DNA of 64,000 nucleotides from Desulfatiglandales bacterium (GCA_963666345.1 OY762721.1:1184001-1248000), one strand, 5' to 3'. Positions 39,522 to 49,750 are shown, numbered from the stretch's first letter. Made by a program: numbers and translations. The notes: generated by a model from the sequence alone, not told the origin.

Positions 39522-39824
39522 ACCCGAAAAGGCCGGTTCAATAAAGCTCCCCGCATCAATCTGCGGGCCGCCCGGGCAAACACGGATAGAGGCCTCTATT
39601 ACATGCAGGCAATACGCTATCTTCCCGCACCAACCGCCTGCTTGAACATGCCTTTTTTCATACAAGCATATATCATATGGGGCACCCGCACAAGGATATA
39701 CACGGGAGGGCCGGGTAGCTATATAAAGAGATATAAATCAAGGCGAGTGCGGTTTGCAAGGCAAGGGTTTTGTTTTGTCTTCATGTAATCGTAAGTGCAT
39801 GCCTGCCTCCAATTCTAATTTCAT

Positions 39825-39866
39825 ACAATTTTGTAATAAAAATTGCCTCATTAACACAATTTTGTA
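39825..39866. promoter_or_regulatory. Tandem candidate enhancer sites ACAATTTTGTA x2 (31-bp spacing)
   Basis: 39825-39835 and 39856-39866; the same 11-mer is at 24637. Confidence 0.55.
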
Positions 39867-39942
39867 CTTTACGCCCTTCCTATTTGTACCGCCCCCCAAC
39901 CAGCCCGGCAATTACCGTTTCCCGATACCTCTATCTTTTTTT

Positions 39943-40141
39943 CGCACAAGCGCAGGTGCCGGCGCTCTTTTTTCCGGCCTTATCTCACAAAAAATACCAC
40001 AGGAAAATGCAGTGGCCGCAGACAGGGCTTTCTTTCACAGTGCCTTGTCAGCTAATGTAACGCCCGCAAAAGCCCTTGGATACGGCCACTTTTCCGTCAA
40101 GTATAGAGAAGGCCGGAGAAATGAGTGCCGGTGCCGGAGCG
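39943..40141. mobile_element. ~200-bp MITE-like element, copy 2 (same orientation as 24846-25045)
   Basis: Left GCCGGCGCTCTTTTTTCCGGCCTTATCT versus right AGAGAAGGCCGGAGAAATGAGTGCCGGT forms a ~28-bp imperfect inverted repeat; highly similar to copy 1. Confidence 0.75.
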
Positions 40142-40482
40142 TACCTGCTATAAATGGGCAAGAAAGACGTGAAACAGCTCCCCATTCGGACTTTCGACCC
40201 ACTGAATCCCTGTACATCTGAGTCCTCATGCCCGGTCAATATGCAAAGAGGTTGTAAAAAGGGCCTGTTTCTTGCAGAATAGAGGTGTTTTTAAAAAAAA
40301 GGACCTTGATAAAAAAGACATGAATCATAAAATCCCCAATTTAGTGCGGATTTTTATATCATGGGAATTACCTCCCGATTAGGGAATAAACACATTAATC
40401 CTTGACCCTTTGGGTACCTGGATTATCTTTCCCGAATCAGCCGTACAAGGACTTATTGTGAAAAGTATCCGGTGAATCGATA

Positions 40483-42654
40483 ATGGATTGGAAAAACAGG
40501 GTATATTGCGGCTCCGTCGCTAAAGAGCATGTCGGCAGGCCGGTGCTTCTTATGGGTTGGATTGACGCCGTCCGTGACCATGGAAATCTGCTCTTTATCC
40601 ATCTCAGGGATATCAAAGGAATAGCGCAGGTGGTATTTGACCCCGGGAAAGGCCTTGAGATGTACGACAGGGCTGTAACGCTGAAGATAGAAGATGTCGT
40701 ACGGATAAGAGGCATGGTCTCGGAGCGCGCCGAGGAAACGGTCAACGCAAATCTTGATACAGGGCGCTTCGAGGTCTTTGCCGACGATCTTGAGATTCTT
40801 TCCCGTTCTTCCTCACTTCCGTTTCAACTGTCTGAAAAGGCGATACTCTTTGGCGATGAAACAGAGGCGAACCCGGAAAAAGTGGATGAGGAACTGAGGC
40901 TTAAATACAGGTACCTTGATCTGAGGAGGCCGTCGGTTCAGGCCATCTTCAAAAAGAGGTATGAGATAATAAAGAGCATACGCGATTTCTTCCATGAACT
41001 TGGTTTCCTTGAACTTGAAACACCTGTTCTGACCAAAAGCACACCTGAAGGCGCCAGGGATTATCTCGTGCCCAGCCGCTTGCACAGCGGTAAATTCTAT
41101 GCCCTTCCTCAGTCTCCCCAGCTCTTTAAACAACTGTTCATGGTAGGCGGAATGGACCGTTATTTTCAAATCGTCCGCTGTTTCAGGGACGAGGATCTCA
41201 GACCGAACCGCCAGCCGGAATTTACCCAGATGGACATGGAGGCCTCCTTCGTAGACGAAGAGTTCATCTACGAGACGGTGGAAAAACTCATATGCCGCAT
41301 ATTCAGCATCGGAGGGATTGAACTGGAAGCCCCCTTTCCAAGGATGAAATACAGGGATGCTATTGAAAGATACGGAACGGACAGGCCTGATATCAGATAC
41401 GAAATGGCCTTTGAAGAGGTGTCGGACATTTTGGCAGAGACTCGATATGCCATCTTCAGGAAGATTCTTGCCGCAGGCGGTTGCGTAAAAGGTTTCTGTA
41501 TAAAGGGCAAAGCGGATGTCATGAGCAAAAATCTTCTCCAGAACGAGTATGCCATGAGGATTGTTCCCGCCCTGGGAGGCGATGGAATGACCTGGATGAA
41601 GGTAACCGCCGGGGGTCTGGAATCAAATATCGTTCAGTTCTTCAGTCCGAATGAACAGGAAGATATAGTAAAAAGGTTTGCCGCTGAAAAAGGTGACGTG
41701 ATCATGATGATCGCGGACAGCTCAAGGGAACTTGTAAACAGCGTGCTATGCGACTTGAGGATAAATGTCGCGCACAGACTCGGCCTCATTCCCGACAATC
41801 TGTTTTGCCCCCTGTGGGTTACTGAATTTCCCCTTTTCGAACTTAAAGACGACGAGCTAAGTTCCCAGCATCATCCTTTTACCATGCCTGAAAGGGCGGA
41901 TTTTGACCCTGATGACAAAGAAGAAATGCTGGGCCTCAATTCCAGGGCCTATGATCTTGTAATGAACGGGGAAGAACTGGGTGGCGGAAGCATCCGTATT
42001 CACAGGATGGACATTCAGGAAAAGATCTTCAAGGCGCTCGGACTTTCAAAAAGCGAGATCGAAAATAAGTTCGGCTTTTTTCTCAAGGCACTCCGGTTCG
42101 GCGCACCACCGCACGCAGGACTTGCACTCGGCATGGACAGGGTGATCGCGATGATCCTGAACACCTCCTCTATCAGGGAGGTGATCGCCTTTCCCAAAAA
42201 CCGCAGCGCCTTCTGTCCTCTAACAGAGGCGCCTTCGAGCGTGAGCCGGGCCCAGTTGAAAGAACTGGACCTCGGCACTGCAAAGGGAATAAAACCTCTT
42301 ATAAAAAGATCAATGGAATCCGAAGTTCAGCAAATCACCGAAAGGCCGCATGAGGAATCGGAAGGGATCTCCATGAATGATGTAAGCCATGTTGCAAGAC
42401 TTGCAAGACTCAGGCTCACAGAAGAAGAGAAAAGGACCTATAAGAAAGACCTTGATGACATACTGGGATATGTTGAGACACTCAAGGAGCTCGACACATC
42501 CAAGGTGAGCCCTATGAGCCATGTCTTCAAATCCCGCAATGTCTGGCGGGATGACAGGGCCGGACGACACCCTGATGACAGCGAAGGCATCTTGAATAAT
42601 GCCCCTCAAAGGGAAGAAAACGGATTTAAGGTTCCGAAAATCCTGGAAGGCTGA
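40483..42654 (+). CDS. aspS: Aspartyl-tRNA synthetase (probably non-discriminating) fused in frame to a C-terminal GatC domain
   Basis: RDHG, LKYRYLDLRR, STPEGARDY, LPQSPQLFKQ, FRDEDLR..RQPEFTQ, GGSIRIH, GAPPH.G...DR, IREVIAFPK, then a linker and V.HVARLARL......L..IL.Y...L...DT..V.P..H....N..R.D.........L.NAP......FKVPKI. Confidence 0.93.
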   Translation: MDWKNRVYCGSVAKEHVGRPVLLMGWIDAVRDHGNLLFIHLRDIKGIAQVVFDPGKGLEMYDRAVTLKIEDVVRIRGMVSERAEETVNANLDTGRFEVFADDLEILSRSSSLPFQLSEKAILFGDETEANPEKVDEELRLKYRYLDLRRPSVQAIFKKRYEIIKSIRDFFHELGFLELETPVLTKSTPEGARDYLVPSRLHSGKFYALPQSPQLFKQLFMVGGMDRYFQIVRCFRDEDLRPNRQPEFTQMDMEASFVDEEFIYETVEKLICRIFSIGGIELEAPFPRMKYRDAIERYGTDRPDIRYEMAFEEVSDILAETRYAIFRKILAAGGCVKGFCIKGKADVMSKNLLQNEYAMRIVPALGGDGMTWMKVTAGGLESNIVQFFSPNEQEDIVKRFAAEKGDVIMMIADSSRELVNSVLCDLRINVAHRLGLIPDNLFCPLWVTEFPLFELKDDELSSQHHPFTMPERADFDPDDKEEMLGLNSRAYDLVMNGEELGGGSIRIHRMDIQEKIFKALGLSKSEIENKFGFFLKALRFGAPPHAGLALGMDRVIAMILNTSSIREVIAFPKNRSAFCPLTEAPSSVSRAQLKELDLGTAKGIKPLIKRSMESEVQQITERPHEESEGISMNDVSHVARLARLRLTEEEKRTYKKDLDDILGYVETLKELDTSKVSPMSHVFKSRNVWRDDRAGRHPDDSEGILNNAPQREENGFKVPKILEG

Positions 42655-42657
42655 AAA

Positions 42658-44115
42658 ATGGAACTGTGCGATATGACGGCATCCGAACTTCTTCGAATGC
42701 TCAAAAAAGGGAGTGTCAACTCCGTTGAAATCCTGCGCTCCGTCCTTAAAAGGACTCAAGAAAGGGAGACGTCTCTAAATTGTTTTATAACAAGGACAGG
42801 GAAAACCGCGCTCGATCAGGCTGAAGAGGCGGACAGCCGGATAAGGCAGGCAGGGGATATTCCCCTTTTAAACGGCATACCGGTTGCCGTAAAAGACAAC
42901 CTGTGTACCAGAGGCATAAGGACGACCTGCGGTTCAAAGATCCTTTACAATTATATCCCGCCCTACAACGCCACATGCGTTGAAAAAATATTCGACCAGG
43001 GCGCGATCATGGTGGGCAAGACCAATCTTGACGAGTTCGGAATGGGCTCTTCAACCGAAAACAGCGCCTTCGGGCCGACCAGGAATCCCTTGAATCCCGA
43101 ATTTGTTGCAGGCGGCTCAAGCGGCGGGTCCGCTGCGGCGGTTGCATCAGGTGAAACGATTCTTGCCCTTGGTACCGACACGGGAGGGTCTATCCGCCTG
43201 CCTGCCGCCTTCTGTGGAATTGTCGGAATAAAGCCTACCTATGGAAGGGTATCCAGATACGGTCTTGTATCCTACGCATCCTCTCTTGATCAGGTGGGGG
43301 CCCTGGGCAGAAGTGTCGAAGACTGCGGCCTTGTCTTGAATGCGGTCTGCGGAAAGGATCCGAGGGACTCCACATCCGTTGAACTTGAAAGACCTGGTTT
43401 TCTCGATTCAATAGAAAAGGGCGTCAGGGGAGTCAGGATCGGCCTTCCAAAGGAATATTTCGTGGAGGGCATGAACAGCGGGGTCAGGGATAACATACTG
43501 AGGGCGGTTGAAGGACTCGAAAGGGAAGGTGCCCGGATAATCGACATATCCCTTCCTCACACCAAGTACGCCATAAGTTCCTATTACCTTATAGCAACGG
43601 CGGAGGCAAGCAGCAATCTGGCCAGGTACGACGGGGTCAAGTATGGTTTCAGGGCCGGGGGCGAGACGTCGGATCTATTGGAGATGTATGAGGCAACCAG
43701 GAGCGAAGGTTTTGGAAGCGAGGTAAAGAGACGTATCATACTGGGCAGTTATGTGCTTTCAGCCGGCTATTACGACGCCTATTACATAAAGGCCCAAGAG
43801 ACAAGAAGGCTGATAAACAACGACTTTGAGAGGGCCTTTGAAAAGGTGGACTGTCTCATAACCCCTGTATCCCCCTTTCTTCCCTTCAGGCTTGGCGAAA
43901 AGATCGAAGAGCCGCTACAGATGTACCTGGTGGATATCTACACCGTGTCGGTAAATCTCTGCGGGCTGCCCGGCATGAGCATAAACTGCGGGAAATCGGA
44001 AGGACTTCCGGTTGGATTTCAGATAATCGGAAGGCCCTTTGATGAAAACATGGTGCTCAGAGTGGGCAGGGCTCACGAAATTATATCAAAAGCAAACGCA
44101 TCCGCCGAAGTATAA
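42658..44115 (+). CDS. gatA: Asp/Glu-tRNA amidotransferase subunit A
   Basis: KDN, GKTNLDEF.MGSS, GGSSGGS, TDTGGSIR, EASSNLARYDG, EVKRRI.LG. Confidence 0.97.
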   Translation: MELCDMTASELLRMLKKGSVNSVEILRSVLKRTQERETSLNCFITRTGKTALDQAEEADSRIRQAGDIPLLNGIPVAVKDNLCTRGIRTTCGSKILYNYIPPYNATCVEKIFDQGAIMVGKTNLDEFGMGSSTENSAFGPTRNPLNPEFVAGGSSGGSAAAVASGETILALGTDTGGSIRLPAAFCGIVGIKPTYGRVSRYGLVSYASSLDQVGALGRSVEDCGLVLNAVCGKDPRDSTSVELERPGFLDSIEKGVRGVRIGLPKEYFVEGMNSGVRDNILRAVEGLEREGARIIDISLPHTKYAISSYYLIATAEASSNLARYDGVKYGFRAGGETSDLLEMYEATRSEGFGSEVKRRIILGSYVLSAGYYDAYYIKAQETRRLINNDFERAFEKVDCLITPVSPFLPFRLGEKIEEPLQMYLVDIYTVSVNLCGLPGMSINCGKSEGLPVGFQIIGRPFDENMVLRVGRAHEIISKANASAEV

Positions 44116-44192
44116 ATAATTCCGGCAAAAAGGAGCAAACAGCCGGGCCAAGAGAACCGGGTTTTCCATAATGAAATAACAGTGGCTCAGGG

Positions 44193-45662
44193 ATGGTACG
44201 GATGGAATATGAAGTAATAATATGTTTTGAAACACATGTCGAACTAAAGACTGAAACCAAGCTCTTCTGTGACTGCAGGGTCGATTACGGCTCGCCTCCG
44301 AACACGCATATATGCCCTGTATGCACAGGTCAGCCGGGCTCGCTTCCCGTTCTCAACAAAAAGGCCGTGGAATATGCCGTAAAGGCGGGCCTTGCACTTG
44401 ACTGCGACATAAACCGGCTGTCCAAATTTGCAAGGAAAAATTACTTCTATCCCGACCTGCCGAAGGGATACCAGATCTCGCAGTTTGAGCTTCCATTCTG
44501 CGAAAACGGACATATGGAAATCACAGGGGATGACGGCAGTCCTTACGATGTCGGGATAAGGAGGATACACCTTGAAGAAGATGCCGGCAAGATGGTGCAT
44601 TCATCAGGTTCGCTCGAATCCTCCAGCTACAGCATCGTGGATTACAACCGCTCAAGCATCCCTCTTCTGGAAATTGTGGCGGATCACACTAAAAACCCCT
44701 TGAGGTCCGTGAACGAGGCCATGAATTACCTTGAAAAGCTCCGTCAGACCCTGAGATATATCGACATAAGCGACTGCCTCATGGAAAAGGGGCAACTTCG
44801 GTGCGACGTCAATGTCTCCATACGCAGGAAGGGGTCTGAAAGCTTCGGTGACAGAGTGGAGATAAAAAACATGTCTTCATTCAGATTCATCGCCCATGCC
44901 CTGGAATATGAAATAGACAGACAGACGGACATCATGGAATCGGGAGGAGAAATTCATCAGGAAACCAGGCTCTTTGACGAGGCCAAAAAGATAACCGTCC
45001 CGATGCGTTCCAAGGAAGACGCCCCTGACTACAGGTATTTTCCTGATCCTGACCTGCTGGAAGTAGAGATTGACCAGGAATTCCTTCAGCGAATCGAGGA
45101 TTCCATGCCTGAACTTCCGGATCAGAAGATAAGACGGGTCCGGGAGACCTACGGTATTCCCCAAAAAGACGCCTTGATTATCGCCAGGACAAGGGAAATC
45201 TCAGACTACTTTGAAAACTGCGCACTCAGTTGCGATGATTCCGCAAAACTTGCCACCTGGATCATAAAAGACCTATTCAGGCTTCTCAATGAAAGCTCTC
45301 TTGACATCAAGAGTTGTCCGGTGCCGCCTCAAAATTTTTCCCGTCTCATAAATATCCTGGCTCAAGGAGTCATTACCGAAAGCGCCGGAAGAACGGTCCT
45401 GGATGAGATGTTCAGGAACGGAGGAAGACCGGACGAGATAGTTGAAAGGATGGGTCTCAAGGCGATCCAGGACATGGAAAGTCTTGGGAAAATGGTCTCA
45501 GAGGTAATCGACGCCCACCCTGAGGTGGCAGGCAGGATAAGACAGGGCAGGCAGGAGCCGATTAATTTCCTGGTCGGTCAGATCATGAAAAAGACCCGAG
45601 GCAAGGCGGATGCCAGGAAACTGAGAAAACTGCTGAGGGAAGCGCTCCTTTTAGATGAGTAA
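44193..45662 (+). CDS. gatB: Asp/Glu-tRNA amidotransferase subunit B
   Basis: E.HVEL, CTGQPGSLP, RKNYFYPDLPKGYQISQ, HLEEDAGK, RCDVNVS, EIKN, DYRYFPDPDL. Confidence 0.97.
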   Translation: MVRMEYEVIICFETHVELKTETKLFCDCRVDYGSPPNTHICPVCTGQPGSLPVLNKKAVEYAVKAGLALDCDINRLSKFARKNYFYPDLPKGYQISQFELPFCENGHMEITGDDGSPYDVGIRRIHLEEDAGKMVHSSGSLESSSYSIVDYNRSSIPLLEIVADHTKNPLRSVNEAMNYLEKLRQTLRYIDISDCLMEKGQLRCDVNVSIRRKGSESFGDRVEIKNMSSFRFIAHALEYEIDRQTDIMESGGEIHQETRLFDEAKKITVPMRSKEDAPDYRYFPDPDLLEVEIDQEFLQRIEDSMPELPDQKIRRVRETYGIPQKDALIIARTREISDYFENCALSCDDSAKLATWIIKDLFRLLNESSLDIKSCPVPPQNFSRLINILAQGVITESAGRTVLDEMFRNGGRPDEIVERMGLKAIQDMESLGKMVSEVIDAHPEVAGRIRQGRQEPINFLVGQIMKKTRGKADARKLRKLLREALLLDE

Positions 45663-45729
45663 AATCAAGGAAGCCTGTCACTATAAAAGATGGCGGAGCA
45701 AAGCGACTCAGCCATTTCAGAAACTTCAA

Positions 45730-45779
45730 ACTTTAGTCACTTTAGTCACTCTAGTCACTTTAGTCACTTTAGTCACTTA
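45730..45779. repeat. Nonamer tandem repeat (ACTTTAGTC) x5.5 within a GGAGCAAAGCGACTC-type element
   Basis: ACTTTAGTC ACTTTAGTC ACTCTAGTC ACTTTAGTC ACTTTAGTC ACTTA. Confidence 0.95.
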
Positions 45780-45884
45780 TCATAGGCATTTATGCCGATC
45801 CATTAACACAGCATCATCTTTGCCGGCCCGGATAAAAAAACCAGGTTTACTGTAATTAAATAAACCCTCCCAGGTTTGATCGAC

Positions 45885-47519
45885 ATGCGCATCATATACG
45901 CAACCGATATCCATCATGCATTGAGACAGCTGGAAGAGCTTTTTAAAAGGACCGATCCGGATCTCTATATCATCGCAGGAGATCTGGCATACCGTGCCTT
46001 TTACAGGTACAAAACCGCATGGCGCCTTATTGAGCTTGAGCAGATACTGAAAAGATACGGCAAGGATGGGCAGAGCCTCCTTGAGACGGCCTGCGAAATA
46101 TGCGTTACAAAAAATGAGGGTTCGCATTACGAAAGGGCCCTGGAATACCTTGACCTGGCACGTAAGGCAGAGGATTTTCTAAAAAAGACCTACCTGAAGA
46201 TCGAACGCATAATAGAGCACACCTCAAAGGCCCCCGTTTATGTGCTTCCGGGAAACTATGACATGGATCTTAACGAGACCCCCCTATCCGGACGCAACCT
46301 CCACCTTGATTTTATAGATTTCAAGGGCCTTCGCATAGCCGGTTACGGCGGCGCGAAGGTTCACACGCCCGGAATCCCGGAACACCTTCAGGTTCCCTTT
46401 ATAGAGAATAAAGGCCCGGAGGGGGTCATTTCCGAGGCATTTGATTTTTTTACCGGTTGCCGCCCCCAGATACTGGTCACCCATGAACCACCCTATGGGC
46501 ACCTTGATTTCCTGAAAGGGTACGGTAATGCCGGAAGCGAGGGAATCAGAAGATATATCGATGAAAAAAAGACGGTCGCCGTGCTTTCGGGACACTACCA
46601 CGAACAGTGGGGCGCCGTGAACGCGGGCGGAACCGTGATATTCAATCCTTCCAATTTCGGAAGGACATTGGAATTGACAAGGACACGGCGTGGAGGCAAT
46701 TTCCTCCAGCTGGAACTGAAAGGCGGGCATATCGAAGAGGCGCAGCTCCGCCGTCTGGAAAAGGAGGACATCTATCCTGTAGTACATTATGAGCCTTCAG
46801 GCAGCGGATTCAGATCCATAATACTGGATGAAAAGAGATACGCGGCTATGGGAGGCAAAATCCGGAAAACCATCCATATAAGGCCTATAAGGCAGCTCAG
46901 GAAGGTAAAATCCTTTTTCCTTCAATATGAAACCGAGCAAACGATCCAGTTGATAGACAAGCTTGAATCTATAATTGAGGAGCTGAGAGGAGAAGGCATG
47001 GAGATCGCCTTTGACCTGCTCGGATCCCTCAATTTCGGCATGGCCGGAAAAGGCTCCGACATAGACCTGGTCCTCTATCTGAGGGGAAGGGATTGTGTCC
47101 TGGATAGAGAGGATACATGTGCACTTCCCAGACCGGTAGAGGCGGTATTCAAAGGGCTCAATAAACGCGACATTGAAATCGATGTCTGCGACAGTCTTGA
47201 TCTCGACAGAATCGGCAGGGCAATTATTGAAGAAAACAAAGAAGACGGTCAGCTCCAAAGGTTTATTTTCTACAGGACCGTGTGCAGGCCGGTAAACCTC
47301 AAAACCATCAAGGCCGTTGAAAACCTGCTCCTTGGAAAAGAAAATTTTCGGCGGAAGGTTGAAGTCTCTCTCAAGGAACATATCGAGATCCTGGTCTCCT
47401 CGGTCAGGCATGTCAGATCCTTTGATAAGTACGGCACCAGACTTCGCGAAATGGGGGTAAAAGTATCTCCGGATGTTGAAGAGGCCATAAAGAACTATCT
47501 AAGGGGTCGGAAAGAATGA
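45885..47519 (+). CDS. Calcineurin-like metallophosphoesterase fused to a C-terminal Pol-beta-like nucleotidyltransferase domain
   Basis: N-terminal TDIH, AGDL, PGNYD, THEPP, SGHYHE, NPS. C-terminal LLGSLNFG....SDIDL plus distal EIDV (hGS..DhD..D). Confidence 0.8.
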   Translation: MRIIYATDIHHALRQLEELFKRTDPDLYIIAGDLAYRAFYRYKTAWRLIELEQILKRYGKDGQSLLETACEICVTKNEGSHYERALEYLDLARKAEDFLKKTYLKIERIIEHTSKAPVYVLPGNYDMDLNETPLSGRNLHLDFIDFKGLRIAGYGGAKVHTPGIPEHLQVPFIENKGPEGVISEAFDFFTGCRPQILVTHEPPYGHLDFLKGYGNAGSEGIRRYIDEKKTVAVLSGHYHEQWGAVNAGGTVIFNPSNFGRTLELTRTRRGGNFLQLELKGGHIEEAQLRRLEKEDIYPVVHYEPSGSGFRSIILDEKRYAAMGGKIRKTIHIRPIRQLRKVKSFFLQYETEQTIQLIDKLESIIEELRGEGMEIAFDLLGSLNFGMAGKGSDIDLVLYLRGRDCVLDREDTCALPRPVEAVFKGLNKRDIEIDVCDSLDLDRIGRAIIEENKEDGQLQRFIFYRTVCRPVNLKTIKAVENLLLGKENFRRKVEVSLKEHIEILVSSVRHVRSFDKYGTRLREMGVKVSPDVEEAIKNYLRGRKE

Positions 47520-47714
47520 GGACCTGCCCCTGTACCTCGATCACCTGCAGAATCCACCATCTCATAGACATACAAACAGCAGCTTGAAACTCCATAGCCC
47601 CACGGCACCGGCAGGATGCCGGATGAAAGCTCAGCCGGAATACAGCGCGCGCGGAACAACAACCAAACGCCGCCCGTTACACCTTGATGGTGTTTCAGTC
47701 GGCTTTCTATAATA

Positions 47715-47744
47715 TTGACAAGCCCTGTTTCACCCCCCTATACT
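47715..47744 (+). promoter_or_regulatory. Putative sigma70 promoter
   Basis: TTGACA-N18-TATACT, about 32 bp before the ATG at 47777. Confidence 0.55.
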
Positions 47745-47776
47745 TATTTTTTCACCCAGGCAACAGGAGACCGCGG

Positions 47777-49675
47777 ATGAATTACAGAAAGAACAGAGGG
47801 ATATCCTACTGGCCGGACAGATATGTGGCCAAACGCCGAAGCGCCACTGAGGCGATCGGCCTGATAAAGAGAGGCCAGAGGGTCTTTATCTCCTCTTTTT
47901 GCGGTGAACCGCAGGCCCTGGTAAAGGAACTCTCCTCGCAGTCGAACTGCTTTACGGATCTTGAGATCATCAGGGTTTTCAGTCTCGAAACGACCCCCCT
48001 GTCAATTATCGCCGACCGGACGTCCTGCCAAAGTTTCAACCTGAGGTCCTTCTATCTCGGTTCCGCCAAACCCAAAGCCATTTCACAGATGAAGCGCTTT
48101 ATAACGCCCATAAACCTTTCAGCCGTTCCTCGGCTTTTTAAGAGCAGGAGGGTGCCTATTCATGTCGCCCTCATCCAGGCATCCGAGCCGGATGATTTCG
48201 GATGGATGAGCCTGGGGGTCAGTGTGGATGTAACCTATTCGGCAGTCCACTCGGCGGACCTTGTTATCGTCCAGGTAAACAGAAAGATGCCTCGAGTTTT
48301 AGGCAGAAGCTTCATCCATGTAAACGAAGTGGATATCATCGTGGAACATGACGAAGAACTTATATCGATAGGCAGGGCTCCGGAATTCGAATCGGCCCAC
48401 AAGATTGCAGGACAGGTCGCAAAATTAATCGAAGACGGATCCACAATGCAGATAAGCCTGGGTTCCACGCCGCAGGCGCTGCTGCTTGCCCTTTCGGAAA
48501 AAAACGACCTGGGGATACACACACAATTCCTCACGGATACGATTATGAGCCTCTATTCCAAAGGAGTAATAACAAACAGGGTCAAAGGTATCAACGAGGG
48601 AAAGCTGGTAGCCAGCGGGGCCATAGGATCAAAAGATCTCTACGAATTTCTGGACGATAACCCGGCGATCGAATTTCATCCTTCCGATTATGTGAACGAC
48701 CCATCCGTTATCTCCAGACACAATAAGATGGTGGCCCTTAATGTTGTCATGGCAATGGATCTCACCGGCCAGGCGGCTGCCGACGCGCTTCCCTATAATC
48801 ACTACTCGGGCGTCAGTGGAATCATGGATTTTGTAAGGGGTTCAAGCCAGTCCCCGGGAGGCAAAAGCATCCTTATGCTCCCGTCCGCCACAATGGACGG
48901 TAAAAGCAGCAGAATCGTACCTAACCTAAGCGACATACCGGTGGTAATTCCCCGTGGTGATGTCCAGTATGTGGCGACCGAGTATGGAGTGGTGAACCTT
49001 TTCGGCAAAAGCCTCCAGGAACGGGCAATCGCTATGATTAGGATAGCCCACCCCGACTTCAGAGACGAACTCTTTAACAGGGCCAAAGAGTCAGGCCTTC
49101 TGGGTCCGGAACGCTCACTGTCGGATACACTCAAAAGCGTCTATCCCCAGAACATAGAAGAAACACGCATTATAGATTCGATAAAAGTGCTTTTCAGGCC
49201 ATCTTTTCCGACCGATGAGAGAAACATTCAGGAGCACTTCTATAACCTGGACCGCAGGGACATTGTAAAAAGGTTCTTCCATGAAAAAACCGCTTTTTTG
49301 AGAGATGATATCGCAGACGTATTCGAAATAGACTACGTTCACGATATGTCGATACTCGCTGTTATCGGCGAACCCGGATTTGAAAAGGTAATAGGCATCG
49401 GAGGTTATTTTCTCGATAGAAGCACAAACATGGTGGAGGCCTATTATTCCGTGGACAAGACATGGAGGCGCAAAGGCATATCTACCGTTATCCAGGACAA
49501 ACTTGTTCGGACATCCCGGGATAAAGGCATCAAGGGGGTCATTGTTTATACCACTCCCGACAACCAGGAGATGATAAGACTTTTCAACAAACTGCCCTAC
49601 AAAGTGGAGACATGCTTTGACCGGGAAAGAGGTTTTATGCTCAAGACCTTCTTCGACAAATCCCTGGAGGCTTAG
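47777..49675 (+). CDS. Acetyl-CoA hydrolase/CoA-transferase-like domain fused to C-terminal GNAT (copy 1)
   Basis: SLGVSVD, MPRVLG.SFIH, LGIHTQ, MDLTGQ, DFVRG, TEYG.V.L.GKSL.ERA...I.IAHPDFR, then GNAT RFF...WRRKGI. AGGAGA RBS. Confidence 0.85.
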   Translation: MNYRKNRGISYWPDRYVAKRRSATEAIGLIKRGQRVFISSFCGEPQALVKELSSQSNCFTDLEIIRVFSLETTPLSIIADRTSCQSFNLRSFYLGSAKPKAISQMKRFITPINLSAVPRLFKSRRVPIHVALIQASEPDDFGWMSLGVSVDVTYSAVHSADLVIVQVNRKMPRVLGRSFIHVNEVDIIVEHDEELISIGRAPEFESAHKIAGQVAKLIEDGSTMQISLGSTPQALLLALSEKNDLGIHTQFLTDTIMSLYSKGVITNRVKGINEGKLVASGAIGSKDLYEFLDDNPAIEFHPSDYVNDPSVISRHNKMVALNVVMAMDLTGQAAADALPYNHYSGVSGIMDFVRGSSQSPGGKSILMLPSATMDGKSSRIVPNLSDIPVVIPRGDVQYVATEYGVVNLFGKSLQERAIAMIRIAHPDFRDELFNRAKESGLLGPERSLSDTLKSVYPQNIEETRIIDSIKVLFRPSFPTDERNIQEHFYNLDRRDIVKRFFHEKTAFLRDDIADVFEIDYVHDMSILAVIGEPGFEKVIGIGGYFLDRSTNMVEAYYSVDKTWRRKGISTVIQDKLVRTSRDKGIKGVIVYTTPDNQEMIRLFNKLPYKVETCFDRERGFMLKTFFDKSLEA

Positions 49676-49750
49676 TAGAGCATTCCACCGTCTTAGCTGA
49701 TTTATTGAATTTTGTGAGACCTTACTATGAAATTAAAGGAGGATTATAAC

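Noticed and set aside
39754..40221. 155-aa ORF sharing peptide sequence with ORF 24859-25146
   Set aside because: The similarity comes from the duplicated 200-bp DNA element. There is no RBS, the starts and ends differ, and it is not transposase-like.
45655..45855. ORF with TLV repeats
   Set aside because: It is the translation of the nonamer microsatellite.
45885..47519. CBASS/anti-phage cyclase system
   Set aside because: No effector, Cap2/3 or other defence genes nearby, housekeeping context, and the NTase domain is small.
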